64,000 nt of DNA from Octopus vulgaris (GCA_951406725.2 OX597821.1:4092001-4156000), one strand, 5' to 3'; counted from the stretch's first letter, positions 43,750 through 58,397 are shown. The notes: generated from the sequence alone by a model not told the origin. A program made the numbers and translations.

Positions 43750-44090
43750 GTTTCTAAACCATGCAACAATTTCAGAAGAGTGCTGAAAACCCCTTCGGTC
43801 ATGACTGACCATGGGATTGCACCTAGAAAGTGAACCTCCCAGGCACAAATCAGGACAACGTTGTTTATGGAAGACGAGCCTCACCTCTCCATGCCACTGA
43901 TGTTATCCAAGAGAAAGGCAAGGGCCGATACAGCTTGGCACCGGTGACGTCGCAACTCATTTCTACAACTGAGTAAACTGGAGCAACGTGAAATAAAGTG
44001 TGTTGCTCAAGAGCACAACACACATACCGGTCCGGGATTCGAACTCACAATCTCACGATCGTAAGCTCGACGCTCTTACCACTGAGCCTT
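43750..44090 (-). mobile_element. tRNA-derived SINE sharing the family B central domain
   Basis: ctggagcaacgtgaaataaagtgtgttgctcaagagcacaac...ggattcgaactc (B box); different 3' tail. Confidence 0.75.
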
Positions 44091-44274
44091 CATTTCAGAA
44101 GGGTAACCCATAACTTTAAACAATCGAGTCGTTACGAACCAAACTTTAGTTAATGACAAGTATAACTGACATAGTTATCGAACATAGCTTTTGTTTTGTT
44201 TTTTGTTTTTTGTTTTCTTTTTACTTATGAAGCTAATATAGAATTTTGAGTATGTATTTTTGTATTTTCCTTGT

Positions 44275-44492
44275 ATTGGTCATTTTACTGCGTCTATGCT
44301 GGAGCACCGCCTTGCAATGTTTCAATGGAACAAATCGATTCAGAATATTTTTAAAGCTTGTTACTTATTCCATCGATCAGTTTTGCTGAACAGCTAGATT
44401 ATAGAGACGTAAATTCATCAAAGCCAGTGGCTGAGCCTGCAGTTGTAGGACAAACACAAACCCAAAGACACGCTTACCTAAACACACACACA

Positions 44493-44551
<59 letters not shown>

Positions 44552-44697
44552 GCGACGTGGTTCTTTCAGCCTCCTTCCAAATCCACTCACGAGGCTTCAG
44601 TCGGCCCGCGGCTATGTTTGAAGACACTTAACAAAGGTTCCACACATTTGGACTGATCCCGGAACCATATGGTTCAGAATCAACCAAGCCCGTGCCC
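44275..44697 (-). mobile_element. SINE family A, decayed
   Basis: atgctggagcaccgcc tail, (CA)n, aaatccactcac, ccggaaccatatgg. Confidence 0.8.
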
Positions 44698-44846
44698 AGT
44701 AAGTTGAAATTCAAAGTACAAGATTCTGCAAGTAGTTGTTCCTTAATTTTGCTAATGCATCGTCATTTTGTGAGATAGATTTAGCCGCAGTGACGTAATT
44801 TGTATATCAATATAATCTATCCCACATCGAGAAGAATGAACATACG

Positions 44847-45006
44847 GGCGCAGGAGTGGGTGTGTGGTAAGTAGATTGCTTACCAACCACATGGCTCTGG
44901 GTTCAGTCCCACTGCGTGGCACCTTGGGCAAGAATTTTCTACTATAGCCTCGGGCCGACCAAAGCTTTGTGTGTGGATGAAACCGTCGTATATATGTATA
45001 TATGTA

Positions 45007-45079
<73 letters not shown>

Positions 45080-45141
45080 AACTGTCCGACGAACGGCAAC
45101 GAGAAACTCAGAGTAACAGATTTTGTTGAATTTTCTGCTGC

Positions 45142-45213
<72 letters not shown>

Positions 45214-45438
45214 GTATATGTGTGTGTGTGTCTGTGTTTGTCCCCCGAACATCGCTTGATAGCCGATGGTTTTGTGTTTACGTCCTCGTAACATGCCGGT
45301 TCAGCAAAGGAGACCAATAGAATAAGTACTAGGCTTCCAAACAATAAGTCCTGGGATCGATTTGCACGACTAAAGGACAGTGCTCCATTATGGCCGCAGT
45401 CAAATGACTGAATCAAGTAAAACAGTAAATGAGTAAAG
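44847..45438 (+). mobile_element. SINE family A full-length, with an HHR fragment inserted in its internal (TA)n
   Basis: Head ggcgcaggagtgggtgtgtggtaag to tail caaatgactgaatcaagtaaaa. Confidence 0.9.
45082..45119 (+). ncRNA. Ultra-minimal hammerhead motif (38 nt), core CCGACGA
   Basis: ctgt-CCGACGA-acg-gcaa-cga-GAAA-ctcagag-TA-acag; GNRA-capped helix II; helix I ctgt/acag. Confidence 0.6.
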
Positions 45439-46254
45439 AAAGAAGAGAGAGAGAGAGAGAGAGAGAGTATATTCACAGTTATATCATCCACACCATGTGA
45501 ACTGATAATCATCATCATTACTAAATTTTATTCTCACTGCGGGGGGGGGGGGCAGACGGGCGTGCGGGACAGAACAAAATACTGACATAGGCCAGAAAGG
45601 ACATTGTGGTTTAGAAGCTAGCTTTTATGCCATAATATCTTTGCATTACGAATACAGTTTCAGTACAGCTAAAAGCTACGTAAATATTGATTCGTCCGGA
45701 TTCGATATATAGAAGTCTATACAGAACTCCGAATCATAATGTGGCTAGGGTATATATATCAGCTGAACTGGGAATGGCTAATAGCATTAGGTAAATAAAC
45801 AAAAATCCAACACACACAAACACACACACTTGCATACATGCGCGCGCGCACTCACACGTACACACTCACACGCAGACATATATTAATGTGAGTTATATGT
45901 ATATATGATATTATGATATTTGTTGATATAATTATGTTTGCTTTCATACAAAGTTATAATTTCATTTATATTTTAAATAATCACTCAATACGTATAGCAG
46001 TGTACAGTCGCAGGCGTTGCTATGTGGTAAGAAGTTTGTTTCCCAACCACGTGATTCGGTATTCAGTTCTCTGCGTGACACCCTGGGTCAGTGTCTTCTA
46101 CTGTAGACGCGTGTCGACCAAAACTTTGTAGGTGGATTTTGTAAATCCCGTCGCATGTATGTGTACATGTATATATACATATATATATATATTGGGAAAA
46201 ACGGTAAGATAACAAAAGAAAGAAAGAGACCTCAATATTATGTAAATAGTCAAA

Positions 46255-46315
46255 ATTAAAACTCTGAGTTTTGGATGCCGAAGTGGAAATCCACAACACC
46301 ATCTCTTCGTTTATC
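46255..46315 (-). ncRNA. Degenerate hammerhead, same family as 26653-26716
   Basis: Minus: taa-ACGAAGA-gatggtg...cggcatcc-AAAA-ctcagag-TT-tta; core mutated; flank 46191-46250 matches 18187-18245. Confidence 0.4.
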
Positions 46316-46803
46316 TGGCCATCTGAAAAACGCTATGAAAAAATACAGTTACATAAAGAGAAATTACTGTGTTATAATTCCGTTACTTATATAAATGAAG
46401 ATTAAAAGTTCATAGTAAACACGTAAACATGGCTACTCATACGCTCACATGTGCACTCGCGGACCCAGGTGCGTACTTATACATCACTATGAAAACGTAT
46501 ACATCTTCACTCGCATTTTTCGCCAAATGTATACGCATATATATACAAACTCATACACACACACGCGTACCGTAAAAGTTCATACATGCGTCTCTATACG
46601 CACAAGCACAAGAAAAAACATGGTTAAATGTAACAATACACAAAAAAACATAAGAAAGTATACAAAGCGTAAAAACCACGTTTATATATGGACATGCCCT
46701 TATGCACTTATACACACACATGTTTATATACGCATACACAAAAAAGGAATATACATATGTCCAAAAAGACCTTAAAAATTGTAAAAATACTAAATAAAAA
46801 CGT

Positions 46804-47211
46804 CTGTGTGGTAAGTAGCTTGTTTACCAACCACATGGTACCGGGTTCAGTCCCACTGCGTGGCACCTTGGGCGAGTGTATTCTACTATAGCCTCGGGCC
46901 GACAAAAGCCTTGTGAGTGGATTTGGTAGACGGAAACTGAAAAGAAGCCCGTCGTATATATATGTATATATATATATATGCATGTGTGTGTTTGTGTGTC
47001 TGTGTTTGTCCCCCTCGCGTTGCTTGACAACCGATGCTGGTGTGTTTATGTCCCCGTTACTTAGCGGTTCGGCAAAAGAGACCGATAGAATAAGTACTGG
47101 GCTTACAAAAGAATGAGTCACGGGGTCGAGTTGATCGATTAAAGGCGGTGCTCCAGCATGGCCGCAGTCAAATGACTGAAACAAGTAAGAGAGTAAAAGA
47201 GTAAAGAGAGT
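46804..47211 (+). mobile_element. SINE family A, best-preserved copy
   Basis: tRNA-like head (gggttcagtcc B box), internal (TA)(TG), tail ggcggtgctccagcatggccgcagtcaaatgactgaaacaagt followed by (aaaagagt)n. Confidence 0.92.
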
Positions 47212-47944
47212 CTATATATATATATGCATTCTTATGCCCGCACACACGCACACATCTAAAACTGCCTACTCATACATATTCACACACGTGTAAAAATGAA
47301 TCTATATACACGTCTATATAGGCACAGGAAAAAATGCTGGATGGAAGACAACAGAAAAAATTATTATGTGTGAAAATATAAAAATATATGAAATAATAAA
47401 AGGTATAATGAGATAAAATCCTTTTTTGGACATAATATAGAAAGCAAGTTCTATCTGTTTTCTTGAGGGGACCAAAAACGTAACAAAAATGTTGTCACAT
47501 GTGGGCGTATGTACAAATATAAAACTGAACGGCACATGCTTCCAGGTTTCAGAAATCACGTGTTTCTTAGTCACGTGTCACCTAGATTGATTTCCCTTCG
47601 TGCAGCATTATAGGAATGCCTCTTTCCATAACATTGAGTCATCCTAATACATTTGTGTTAAAATCTTGTTTGAGACTATGCTGAAAACCGTCAGATTGTT
47701 GGTACCAGTAATTCAACATAATCACAGTCTATGTGATATGGGTATTGCCAGACAATTACGGTACATGTAACGTAATTGTAAAATGTTCTGTTTATTAGAA
47801 GCGAGGCAATCTTTGTTGAAATAACGTGACTGACATCACAACTGAATACTCTTCAAAGGAAATGATGGTCATCCATCTACTAACAGCTTTAAAAATACTT
47901 GTATATACACATTCTAAATCAAGAACACGCGGATGTATATATAT

Positions 47945-47994
<50 letters not shown>

Positions 47995-49406
47995 CACAAA
48001 GTACAATCACATGTCTGGTATACTACTCTATAGCACAGTATCGAAATAGAAGTTAAAGATACGAAAGGTAACCAAAGGTAAACGTTTTGCTAATGACAGA
48101 TAAATTGAAAAATGTAACATGAAAGAAGATTCTGAAATGTGATTAAACAGCGACTCAACAAAGTAAAAGAATAAACATGCCTATTTGCGAACGGTAAATT
48201 TCCTGACTAGAGAGAAAGGAAATAAGTCAGCTATAAAAGCCATCAATTGAAAATACATTGCGGAATGGAATATATGCTGTTGGCTTCAAAATATCAAAGT
48301 AAGGTACGAAATTTGTTGATATAAAATAATATACACTATGTACAATAATTTCTTCGTTTATGAAGTTCGTTAACTCCTTTCGTCGATGCCAAGGAACACC
48401 TGATTACTCAGAACTAGGACTCTATGATACAGGACTCAAACCTCAACTGAGAAAAAGTACCCTGCGATAAAAAGCAAAGGTACCATTTAATTTCCGTTTG
48501 CTTTGCAACAATCGCATGGAACACGTGGAACGCTATATCTATTTGAGCAGACTTTTGCTGTGTCCAAATGAAATATATTCAATGTGTGACATTAACTTGA
48601 TTTGAGACTCTCGGATATATATTTTTCAGATTTGGAAGACGGTAAATATAAACAACTCGAATAACATAGTCATTCACAATATCCAGAAATATGGATTTCG
48701 ATAGGCATTTTTAGGTCTCCTTACTAAATTATAACCAACATAGTATAAAGATTATGAAATCACTTCTGAAATTTATCGGTATTAGTTGTTAATCATCACC
48801 TCCTGCGGCAGCTTACCAATATATTTCGGTAAATTACTATGTGTCTGCTTTCTTGTATGACTACACTCTAATTTATATTATACTTGTGTTAAACGTTAGA
48901 AAATCTTCTGATCATCTCGGGCATAATATTTTTGATGAGGTAGCCTAGTATAGTTATTCGTTGCGCAATAACTTAGAAAACATCTTCCGGTCAAATCACA
49001 CAAACGCAACTTGTCCCGATGTCGCTCATTATGACCGACATGCTATTAGATGTTGTTCGATTCACCGTTCTGTTATACACATTAATAATCCGTTTTCTCT
49101 CTACTCTAGAAACTCTGATTCGTTTGTAGCTGATATATCTCATCAATCTTGCTTAACCTGCTGCACAAAGGCTTCGATGGTAGGAAAAATTAAACAAATC
49201 ATTGTGTCCAAGTGTATTCATGAATACATAACTCAGATGACACGTTATTAATGCCACATGACAATCTAGTCACATTCCGCAGCAAAGTAACTCAATTTCT
49301 AAGTGTATGAAAGAACTAATGCTTAACAGTGTTTCCTGCTGAACAAAACTCAGTTCAAAGTATCAAAGTCGCAGAAATGCCAGTTCAATCTGCCTATGGT
49401 TACGTT

Positions 49407-49443
<37 letters not shown>

Positions 49444-49695
49444 TCGTTGAAATTACAACTAAGTCTGATTTTCACGTTGTTTTATTATTTGCAGTTGTTA
49501 CAATTTTACAATATTGAAATAAACTAGTACTTTCATGCGTTACATAACCATCAGGTGTATGCTTTCCACAATTGATAACTGTGTGTGTATGAATGTATAT
49601 GCACACATGTATGTGTGTATGTGTTTATGTATGTATGTATGTATATATACACACATATATATATATATATACATACACACTATACACACACACAA

Positions 49696-49729
<34 letters not shown>

Positions 49730-49879
49730 CACATTAATTGACGCAGAGTTCTTCGTAAAAATAAAGACATGTATGAAAATAACCTAGCTATTTTCGCAAT
49801 AATATTTTCCATGATAAAATAACCCTTTCCCTGATAGAGCAGACTTCACTCTACGTCTTGTATACTTCCCAAATCTAAA

Positions 49880-50205
49880 TACATTTCATGAGACAAAAGG
49901 AAGTTGATGCGCATTACAATATGGAAGAACTGAACAATGGGTGATAGCATGGCACACCACAGAAGAACCTACCATGGAGATCACGAAGACAACGTCATCG
50001 GTGAATATTTGAGAAGAAAGATCCGTAGGTTAGAAAGCAGAGTAAAACGTGCATGGAACTGCTGAAATAATAATAATGATAATAATAATAATGATGAGAA
50101 TAATAATAATAATGATGAGAATAATAATAATAATAAGAAGAAGAACAACAACAACAACACCAACAACAATAACAAAACAATAATAATAACAATAATGATA
50201 ATAAC

Positions 50206-50287
<82 letters not shown>

Positions 50288-50300
50288 TTAATAATAATGA
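49880..50300 (+). mobile_element. RTE-like LINE extreme 3' end with (TAA)n tail
   Basis: Decayed W..W.P...RSRR..W spacing followed directly by a long (TAA)n array. Confidence 0.4.
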
Positions 50301-50512
50301 GAAGAAGAAGAAGAAGATGCAAAATAAGAACTAGAAAATGAAGAGGATGAGAAAGGAGATGGAGAGGAAGGGGATGATGACACGAATAGATATTGGATGA
50401 TGACGACGAAGAAGATTATTTTGTCAATGATGATGATGATGATTGTGATAATGATATCCATGAAACCAGGAAGAGAAATAGGAAGGAAAATGGTAGTAGT
50501 AATATTATTATA

Positions 50513-50591
<79 letters not shown>

Positions 50592-51450
50592 ATTTTTGTA
50601 GCTGTATCAGTAATAGTATACCTTGTAGTAGTGGTAAGAGTAGTACTAGTAGAAGAAGCTGCAGCAAGAGGAAAGAGAGGATGGGTAGAAGGAGCAGTAG
50701 ATCAACACCGAATATAGCAACAATAACAACAATAACGAAATAAGAAAGGGGACACCACCAACGGTAATATGTACTTTGATGTCATAATTGATTTAATAAA
50801 ACCTAATATATATTACAATAATATTTGTTAGATTTTTATGAAATATCCAAACCTCTATTATCCACTGATGCTCCGAGATGATATTAAACACGTAAGCTAT
50901 TATATAAGACAAACGAAAGCAAACCAACAAAAATGCCATATAAACAACACATATATACAGCACAAATGACGAATTACATAAATATTATAGAAAAGTGTAT
51001 CTTTTTAAATTTTCACAAAACAGTTAATAATATACAGTGAAACATAAAACAATTTGTAAATCGATATTCAAACAATAAAAAGCAAAATAGAGTTACAGCA
51101 AATTAATGCATATTTCAGTGCTATGTATTTAGAGAAAAAAATTATGAATATATATGTATGTGGGGGTGAGTATGTGCATGTATGTATGCATGTGTGGGTA
51201 GGTGTCTGTGAATTTGTATTTGTAACAAAAGTATTAACTAGTTTTAAACTCATAAATCTTATACATATACGTTATTGGCCATGAGAATAAAAGTATCTAT
51301 CATATATCTATTTACCTATATACAAATATATTAACATATATATATATATACATATATATACATATATATAAATTTATTTATATATATATATATACATATG
51401 TATAACTTTATCTATACATATATATATACATATATATTTAAATTTATTTT

Positions 51451-51519
<69 letters not shown>

Positions 51520-51664
51520 TATTTGTGTGTGAATGTATGTATATATAATCTATATTTGTATATACATGCAAACATATTTATGAATATGTCTGTATGAATA
51601 ACTGTATGCATGTATATATCTTAAATATATATGTGAGTGTAAGAAAGTGTATGAATATATGTAT

Positions 51665-51757
<93 letters not shown>

Positions 51758-52519
51758 GAAACATACACACACTTACAAATATGCATTTGTAAATACCCGT
51801 ATAAGTATATTCGTGTACATGTATATACCTCCCAAAAATATATATATAAATATATGTACAGGTACACATTCCTATGCATATGTGTGTGTCTGTATGTAAG
51901 TATGCATTTGTAAGTATATTTATATATGTATATTATTGATGCATACCTATTTGTCTGCAAGAATGAACAAGGTATATGTGTGCATATGTGTAAGGCAATA
52001 CGATCAATTCAATTACGCGAAACATCTTCCAAACTGTAATATATAATAATGTAATTTTCGAAAGCAAATTGAAATAGATTGAAAGTAATAATAATTTGAG
52101 ACTGTGTATGATGTCGCGCTTTGTTCCGTTTGCTATATTAGAATATTAAATAATGTAACAATTTCAAGTTAAGTGATTAATCGTACGGTAGATGTGGGAG
52201 ATTAAGCATTGCATGAATATATATAGAAAATGTATCACCGAAAGATGTAATTTCAAATTCTCTGATTTCAACGTCGTTTAGCTCTATATTTTTTTCAAAA
52301 ATCTAATGCTGTATGGGAATATAGATCTTAAAGAATAAGTATAACATCGCGTGTATGTGCGTGCATGCATAGGTATATATTTACACAGAGCCATATTTAT
52401 ATGTAGATACATATATTTCTACATACATAAACACATATGCGAGTGTATATATTCTTACCTGATCTGATACATACAAACCTAAAAACATACATAAATACAT
52501 TCAGAGGTACATACATACA

Positions 52520-52830
52520 TACAGGATTTTGGAAAGAGAAGAGAAACTGCGTGCTGTTGTGTAAATTAGCTGCCCAGCGGGTATTATTAACGTAAAGCTA
52601 AAGATCAGGGAAGTAAGAGAATAAACTACACTGAAATTTTGAGAAATTTGCACTTACTCTATCCAGATTACAAGTTCAGGTTGTGATTGCTGGGGCACCG
52701 AGATATGTAACACACTGCCTACATACCAAGCTTGAGAATTTAGGCATCTCAAAACAAGAAGGGAGAAGGCGATTCGAGGAGAACAGATCAAATCTATCAC
52801 TGGAGCTCAACATCTTTAAAACTTACGAGA
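52520..52830 (+). mobile_element. RLE-type LINE endonuclease C-terminal fragment
   Basis: EEKLRAVV*ISCPA, NVKLKI, YTEILRNLHLLYPDYKF, VIAGAPRYVTHCL remnants. Confidence 0.6.
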
Positions 52831-53066
52831 ACTGTATCATTTCAAAATCTGCAAATACACACACACACACACACACAAACATACACACACACATACACAC
52901 ACACACACACACATACAAACACACGTATACATACATATATGTATACGTCCCAAAATTCTTTGGTTGTTATTATTTAAAATCCAATCAAACGTTCTAGGTT
53001 GGAAACCGGCTCTTTTTTTCGCAAAAAATCCTGAAATGAAATTCAATAAAGACATATAGATATATT

Positions 53067-53145
<79 letters not shown>

Positions 53146-53174
53146 AGAGAGAGTTGGATGAATAGATAGATATA

Positions 53175-53212
<38 letters not shown>

Positions 53213-53255
53213 TATATTTTAAATGAAAGAATTGGAGTCGAACGACGATTTAACA

Positions 53256-53360
53256 AAATTCCTTTATTCTCGACATATGTTTCGAAGACTGCACATTCTT
53301 AATTCCGAAGGAATAAAGGGTGCTTTATGCCGCCTTCTCATCAGGAAAAACAAGGAACTT
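53256..53360 (-). ncRNA. Type-I hammerhead ribozyme, fully canonical core
   Basis: Minus: aagttccttgtttttc-CTGATGA-gaaggcggca...tgcagtcttc-GAAA-catatg-TC-gagaataaaggaattt. Palindromic ACATATGT; long helix I with internal loop; predicted cut between 53272 and 53271. Confidence 0.85.
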
Positions 53361-53499
53361 ATGTCGGCATCATGACGAACAAAATCTTTTAGATGACTGA
53401 CCACACGGAGTCCATAGTGATAACGTGTTTTCTGGCGTAAATTTGCTACCCGGGTATCGGTTAACCGAATTATCCATCCTAGGATAATTCACTCAACTA

Positions 53500-53569
<70 letters not shown>

Positions 53570-53615
53570 TATATGTTCATCACAGATACACTTTATTCCA
53601 TGTGCGTGAGCGCGC

Positions 53616-53662
<47 letters not shown>

Positions 53663-54049
53663 CATACATATATATCTATACATATATATGTATGTGTGTA
53701 AGTTTGTATGTATTCTACTTATTCGTGTGTTTGTGTGTTTTTAGATGCGTGTGTTTGCATGTGTGTGTGTGTGTAGCTCTGTCTCCTTGCGTCTGCATGT
53801 CTGAGTGTGTCTATGCATGAGTTATTGTGACTACGTACTGCGTCTGTATGTATAAATGTATGTTGCCATATGTGTTCTTGTACGAATTGAAGTGTGTGTG
53901 TTTCTATGGTCACTTGTTTCAGTCTTCATTTCCCTATATATCTGTGTATGTGTGTTTGTCTTTTCATATTACCTATGTATCTATGCGTCTGTAGGTATGT
54001 CAGTGTATATTCATATACATTTACCTATATACACGTGCACATGAATATA

Positions 54050-54780
54050 TTGGGTTGGCAACTAAGTTCCCGTTGTTTTTTCCTAATTTAATTTTTTGAA
54101 AAGTTTTAATAAAAACTAATTAATAATATATTTACCTTTGTAGCTTACAGCTTCTACCCAGCTTGTTCATAGAAATCATTCAATTTCGACCCGAAAAGTT
54201 GATACACCCAAGCTCTCAATTATGCATCGGTATTAAACGAAACTGCGCGCATGGCATTTGAAAGAGATTGAAAGAGTTGGAAATCCGTTGGTGCCAAATC
54301 AGAAGAGTACGGTCGGTGCGGCAGCTCTTCCCAGCCATGCGTTTGAATGGCTTCCTTGGTCATATTGGCGATATGAGTTCGGCAGAAGAACTCCATGCTG
54401 CCGATTAGCTCTTTTCTCTTGAATGTCCGTATTGAGTCGTTCCTTCTGTTGACCATAGAGTTTGGTTCCGTTGAAGCAATTCGTAATGGAATATTCCTTC
54501 CCAGGCCCACCATACGCACAACATCGTTTTATGCGGATGGAATTCTTGTTTCACACGTGGTGTCGCTTGTTTACCGGGGCTAAGCTATTCCTTACGCTGA
54601 TTCATATTGATGTAGGGGCACCATTTTTCGTATATACATATGGCCTAGATGTTTGTGTGTTGCCAAGAGATCATGGGCTCGATTTCCCGAACGTGCAGCG
54701 CGTTATAATCTGGAGCAAAACACTTGATTTGTGTAGGTCGGTGAATAAAATTTAAAGACTCACATCTCGTCTCGGACATG
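54050..54780 (-). mobile_element. Mariner transposon relic (one TIR, catalytic region)
   Basis: TA plus TIR ttgggttggcaactaagttc; WEELPHRPYSSDLAPTDFQLFQSLSN; EKWCPYINMNQRKE...HPHKTMLCVWW. Confidence 0.9.
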
Positions 54781-55548
54781 AAACCCGATGGTATATAATA
54801 TAAATATAATATAATATATATATATACATATATGATATATATATATATATATATATATGAGATATATATATAGAGAGAGAGAGAATGAGAGAGTGAGAGA
54901 CAGAGATATTATACTTATCTGCATGTTTATGTTGGCACTAGGAATATTCCAAGGACAGCATCTTATGGATGTTCAGTATTTCCTAAAATTTAATGATCTA
55001 GCCTCAGATAGAGCGTGCGATGTATTTGAAAATTAAAGTTTCGTATATACTTGAAAAATCAAGGCTAAATTGAGATAATTGCATTACATGAACTGTCTAT
55101 AAGTGGTACTCTACAAAGTCTCTGTCAACGTAATCCAAGTCTGAAGTCTCTGGGTATGTCAAGGTGAATGTTACAGACATCTCTCATCATGCAATGCTGC
55201 CTAAGTATACAAAGAGCCTCATGGCTTGGAGAAACATCTCTTAATAACCCTGCAGTGTTTGTCCTATACTCATATACACACACATGCATCCACATGTATA
55301 CCGACATATATTTATCTCTCTCTCTCTCTCTCTCTCTTTCTCACTGTGTATATATATTGTCTCTCTGTTCATTTCCTGGTCTCCTTTCTGTTGAAGAGCG
55401 CTGACTCGCCGCATAAAAGACTTTTTCACTTTCCAGAACATCAAATTAAAACACCCGCTTTTTGTTTATACAACTGCATTCGTCTTTTGTTGTTTTTTTC
55501 TGTAAATTTCAATTATATTTATACATACACACACACACACACACACAC

Positions 55549-55679
<131 letters not shown>

Positions 55680-55690
55680 TTATGATCAAG

Positions 55691-55831
55691 GCTGCAAAAA
55701 CATCACAAAAATATCACTGCAAAACCGCTACTCAGAGTTTCACGGTCCTGTTCATCGCACCAGAAAGACGAACGGGGACGTGAATCTCTCAGTAGCAGTT
55801 TTTTGTGATATTTTTGTGACGTTTTTGCAAC
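55691..55831. repeat. About 140-nt hairpin made of two head-to-head HHR-family fragments
   Basis: gctgcaaaaacatcacaaaaatatca...ctcagagtttcacg pairs with cgtgaatctctcag...tgatatttttgtgacgtttttgcaac; each arm resembles 45082-45140. Confidence 0.8.
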
Positions 55832-55948
55832 TTTTAACAATAATGTATATTATTATAATGTATATTATTCTACTTCTGGTATTCGAGTACTCTTTTTCTT
55901 CCACCTTGCTTCACATTTGTGCTTACTTTGGTATGTATATGCGTGTGC

Positions 55949-56008
<60 letters not shown>

Positions 56009-57152
56009 TATATATACAGAAAGAGAGAGAGAGCGAAGTGATATATGTATAAAGAGTGATGTGCTTGTGTATGCGCGTGTGTGTACGTGTCTATTTGTAT
56101 TTCTATTCAACATAATGCTACACATTCCCTCTATATTACTACAAATAATAGTTTCACCATCATTTTGTTATTTTAATTGCGTCATTACTTTTGCTAAATG
56201 TATTTCTGGTTGTGTTTTTACTCTATTAGAATACTCACATCTTAGTGAGGATTCATACAGTCTGTTGGCTTTGCTTGTGCGTGGTATGTTCGCCTGAATT
56301 ATTGAATATATTTCCCTGTATATTACATAGATAGTATTTTAGGGGTTAAAAAAACTATTTGTCACATAATATTAATTTGAGGCTAATAATTGAAGCGCCT
56401 ATATCCATACAATAACATTCTTCTCATAGAGCTTCTATGCTTTGGAGTAAATCTTCTTAACATAATTCCAGATTATTAAAGTACCACACAGAATTACTGT
56501 CTTCATTCCTTCTTATGTCAATGGATCTACTCTGATAGAAAACTCAATAGGAATAACACGAGACCTTTTTTACGATATATAATATTCCATTTATTGTACT
56601 ATAATTGTCTTATCTACTCTGCTTCATCTGTCTTTATATTTTCATTTATTAACCTCAAATTTTTTAATAGTTCTAAGACTCATTAACTACAGAATACAGT
56701 TGTAGCAACTTCATTCCCACACTAAATCAATACATTATTATACGGAAAGAATAGAGGCATTATAGTTTCAGATATAAAAATATACCTATTGAATATAAGT
56801 TTTTCTTTTTGTTTTTACATTAAGCTTCAAGTACTTTTCAGAATTCTGGTTGTACTATTTTTATCCATACGCAATGAACACTTCGTAATAAGTATGAATA
56901 AAGTAAGAAATATTTCCACCATAAATATATCGAATATCTGCAAGCACTGAACTGCATCAGAATATAAATATACACAAATATAAAGTTAATAAATTGATAC
57001 ATAGATATCTGCAGGTAAATTCTATACACACCTACGTATTGAAAAATTACAACTAATAATATAACTTACACAGTTGTATATTATACAGAGATGGAATTTA
57101 CAGAAAAACAAAAGACGAAAACAGGTTTATAAACAACCTACATGTGTATAAG

Positions 57153-57197
<45 letters not shown>

Positions 57198-57245
57198 CAT
57201 ACATATGTATATCCATATATATTATATATATATATATTTAAATAC

Positions 57246-57294
<49 letters not shown>

Positions 57295-57317
57295 TATATA
57301 TATATACACACCCACAC

Positions 57318-57364
<47 letters not shown>

Positions 57365-57370
<6 letters not shown>

Positions 57371-57663
57371 CGTGACCGACCAGGCAATCATATGTTGCTG
57401 CACATCGCTGGTCACAATGCGCTACGCATTATTTTAGCCTTCAAATGACGCCACCCCGCTGGCTAAGCGAGCAGGCCAACAGAAGAAAGAGAGAAAGTTG
57501 TGGCGAGAGATTACAGCAGGGATCGTCATCAACCCCTGTTGGAGCCTCGTGGAGCTTTAGGTGTGTTTGCTCAATAAACACTCACTAGGCCCGGTCTGGG
57601 TAACGAAATTGCGATCCCACAACCGCGATTCCGCTTCTCTAACCACTGGGCCATTGTGCCTCC
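57365..57663 (-). mobile_element. tRNA-derived SINE, head as at 27460-27765
   Basis: taaccactgggccattgtgcctcc and ggagcctcgtggagctttaggtg shared; different tail. Confidence 0.85.
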
Positions 57664-57718
<55 letters not shown>

Positions 57719-57744
57719 TGTATGTATATGTGTGTATATACATA

Positions 57745-58299
57745 TTGAGTTGTCCGGAAAGTTCCGCGATTTATAGTAGCTTATATTTCGACTTATTTTA
57801 GAACATGATTGAGTCCATAAAATTAGATTTGACTACACCTCCATTTAGAGCACGGTTTAAGCTATGTTTTTGTGGAAGAAGGTTTATGTTTCAACAAGCT
57901 GTGTTAATTTTGTAACCCTTTAAAATGGAAGAAAAGAAAGTTAATTTTCGACACTTCATGATTTGAGAACCAGACAAAAATTGCTGCAGCTCGGCTAGGA
58001 TGTGTTACGCCACATTCCATATTCACCAGATATTGCTCCTTCGGATTTCTACTTATTCAGGTCTCTGAAGAATAGTCTTAATAGTAAAAATTACAATTCC
58101 TTGGATGACGTAAAAAGATACATATGAATTCTTTGCCAGGAAACCACTTCAATTCTGGGGGGAGGGCATTTTCAAGTTAAAGGAAAGATGGAGAAGAATT
58201 GTGCAACAAAATGGTTCATATTTGGTTGATTAATAATGAAATGGCAAGTTTTTATTGACCTTTTTTTAAAAATCGGCACGAAGTTTCCGGACAACCCGA
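57745..58299 (+). mobile_element. Internally deleted mariner with both TIRs and TA TSD
   Basis: TIRs ttgagttgtccggaaa and tttccggacaacccga; N-term MEEKKVNFRHFM fused to DVLRHIPYSPDIAPSDFYLFRSLKNSL. Confidence 0.9.
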
Positions 58300-58320
58300 T
58301 ATATATATGCGTGTGTGTGT

Positions 58321-58391
<71 letters not shown>

Positions 58392-58397
58392 TGTATG

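Noticed and set aside
48961-49251. 96-aa ORF in unique sequence
   Set aside because: TTG start, no recognisable motif, no clear splice sites.
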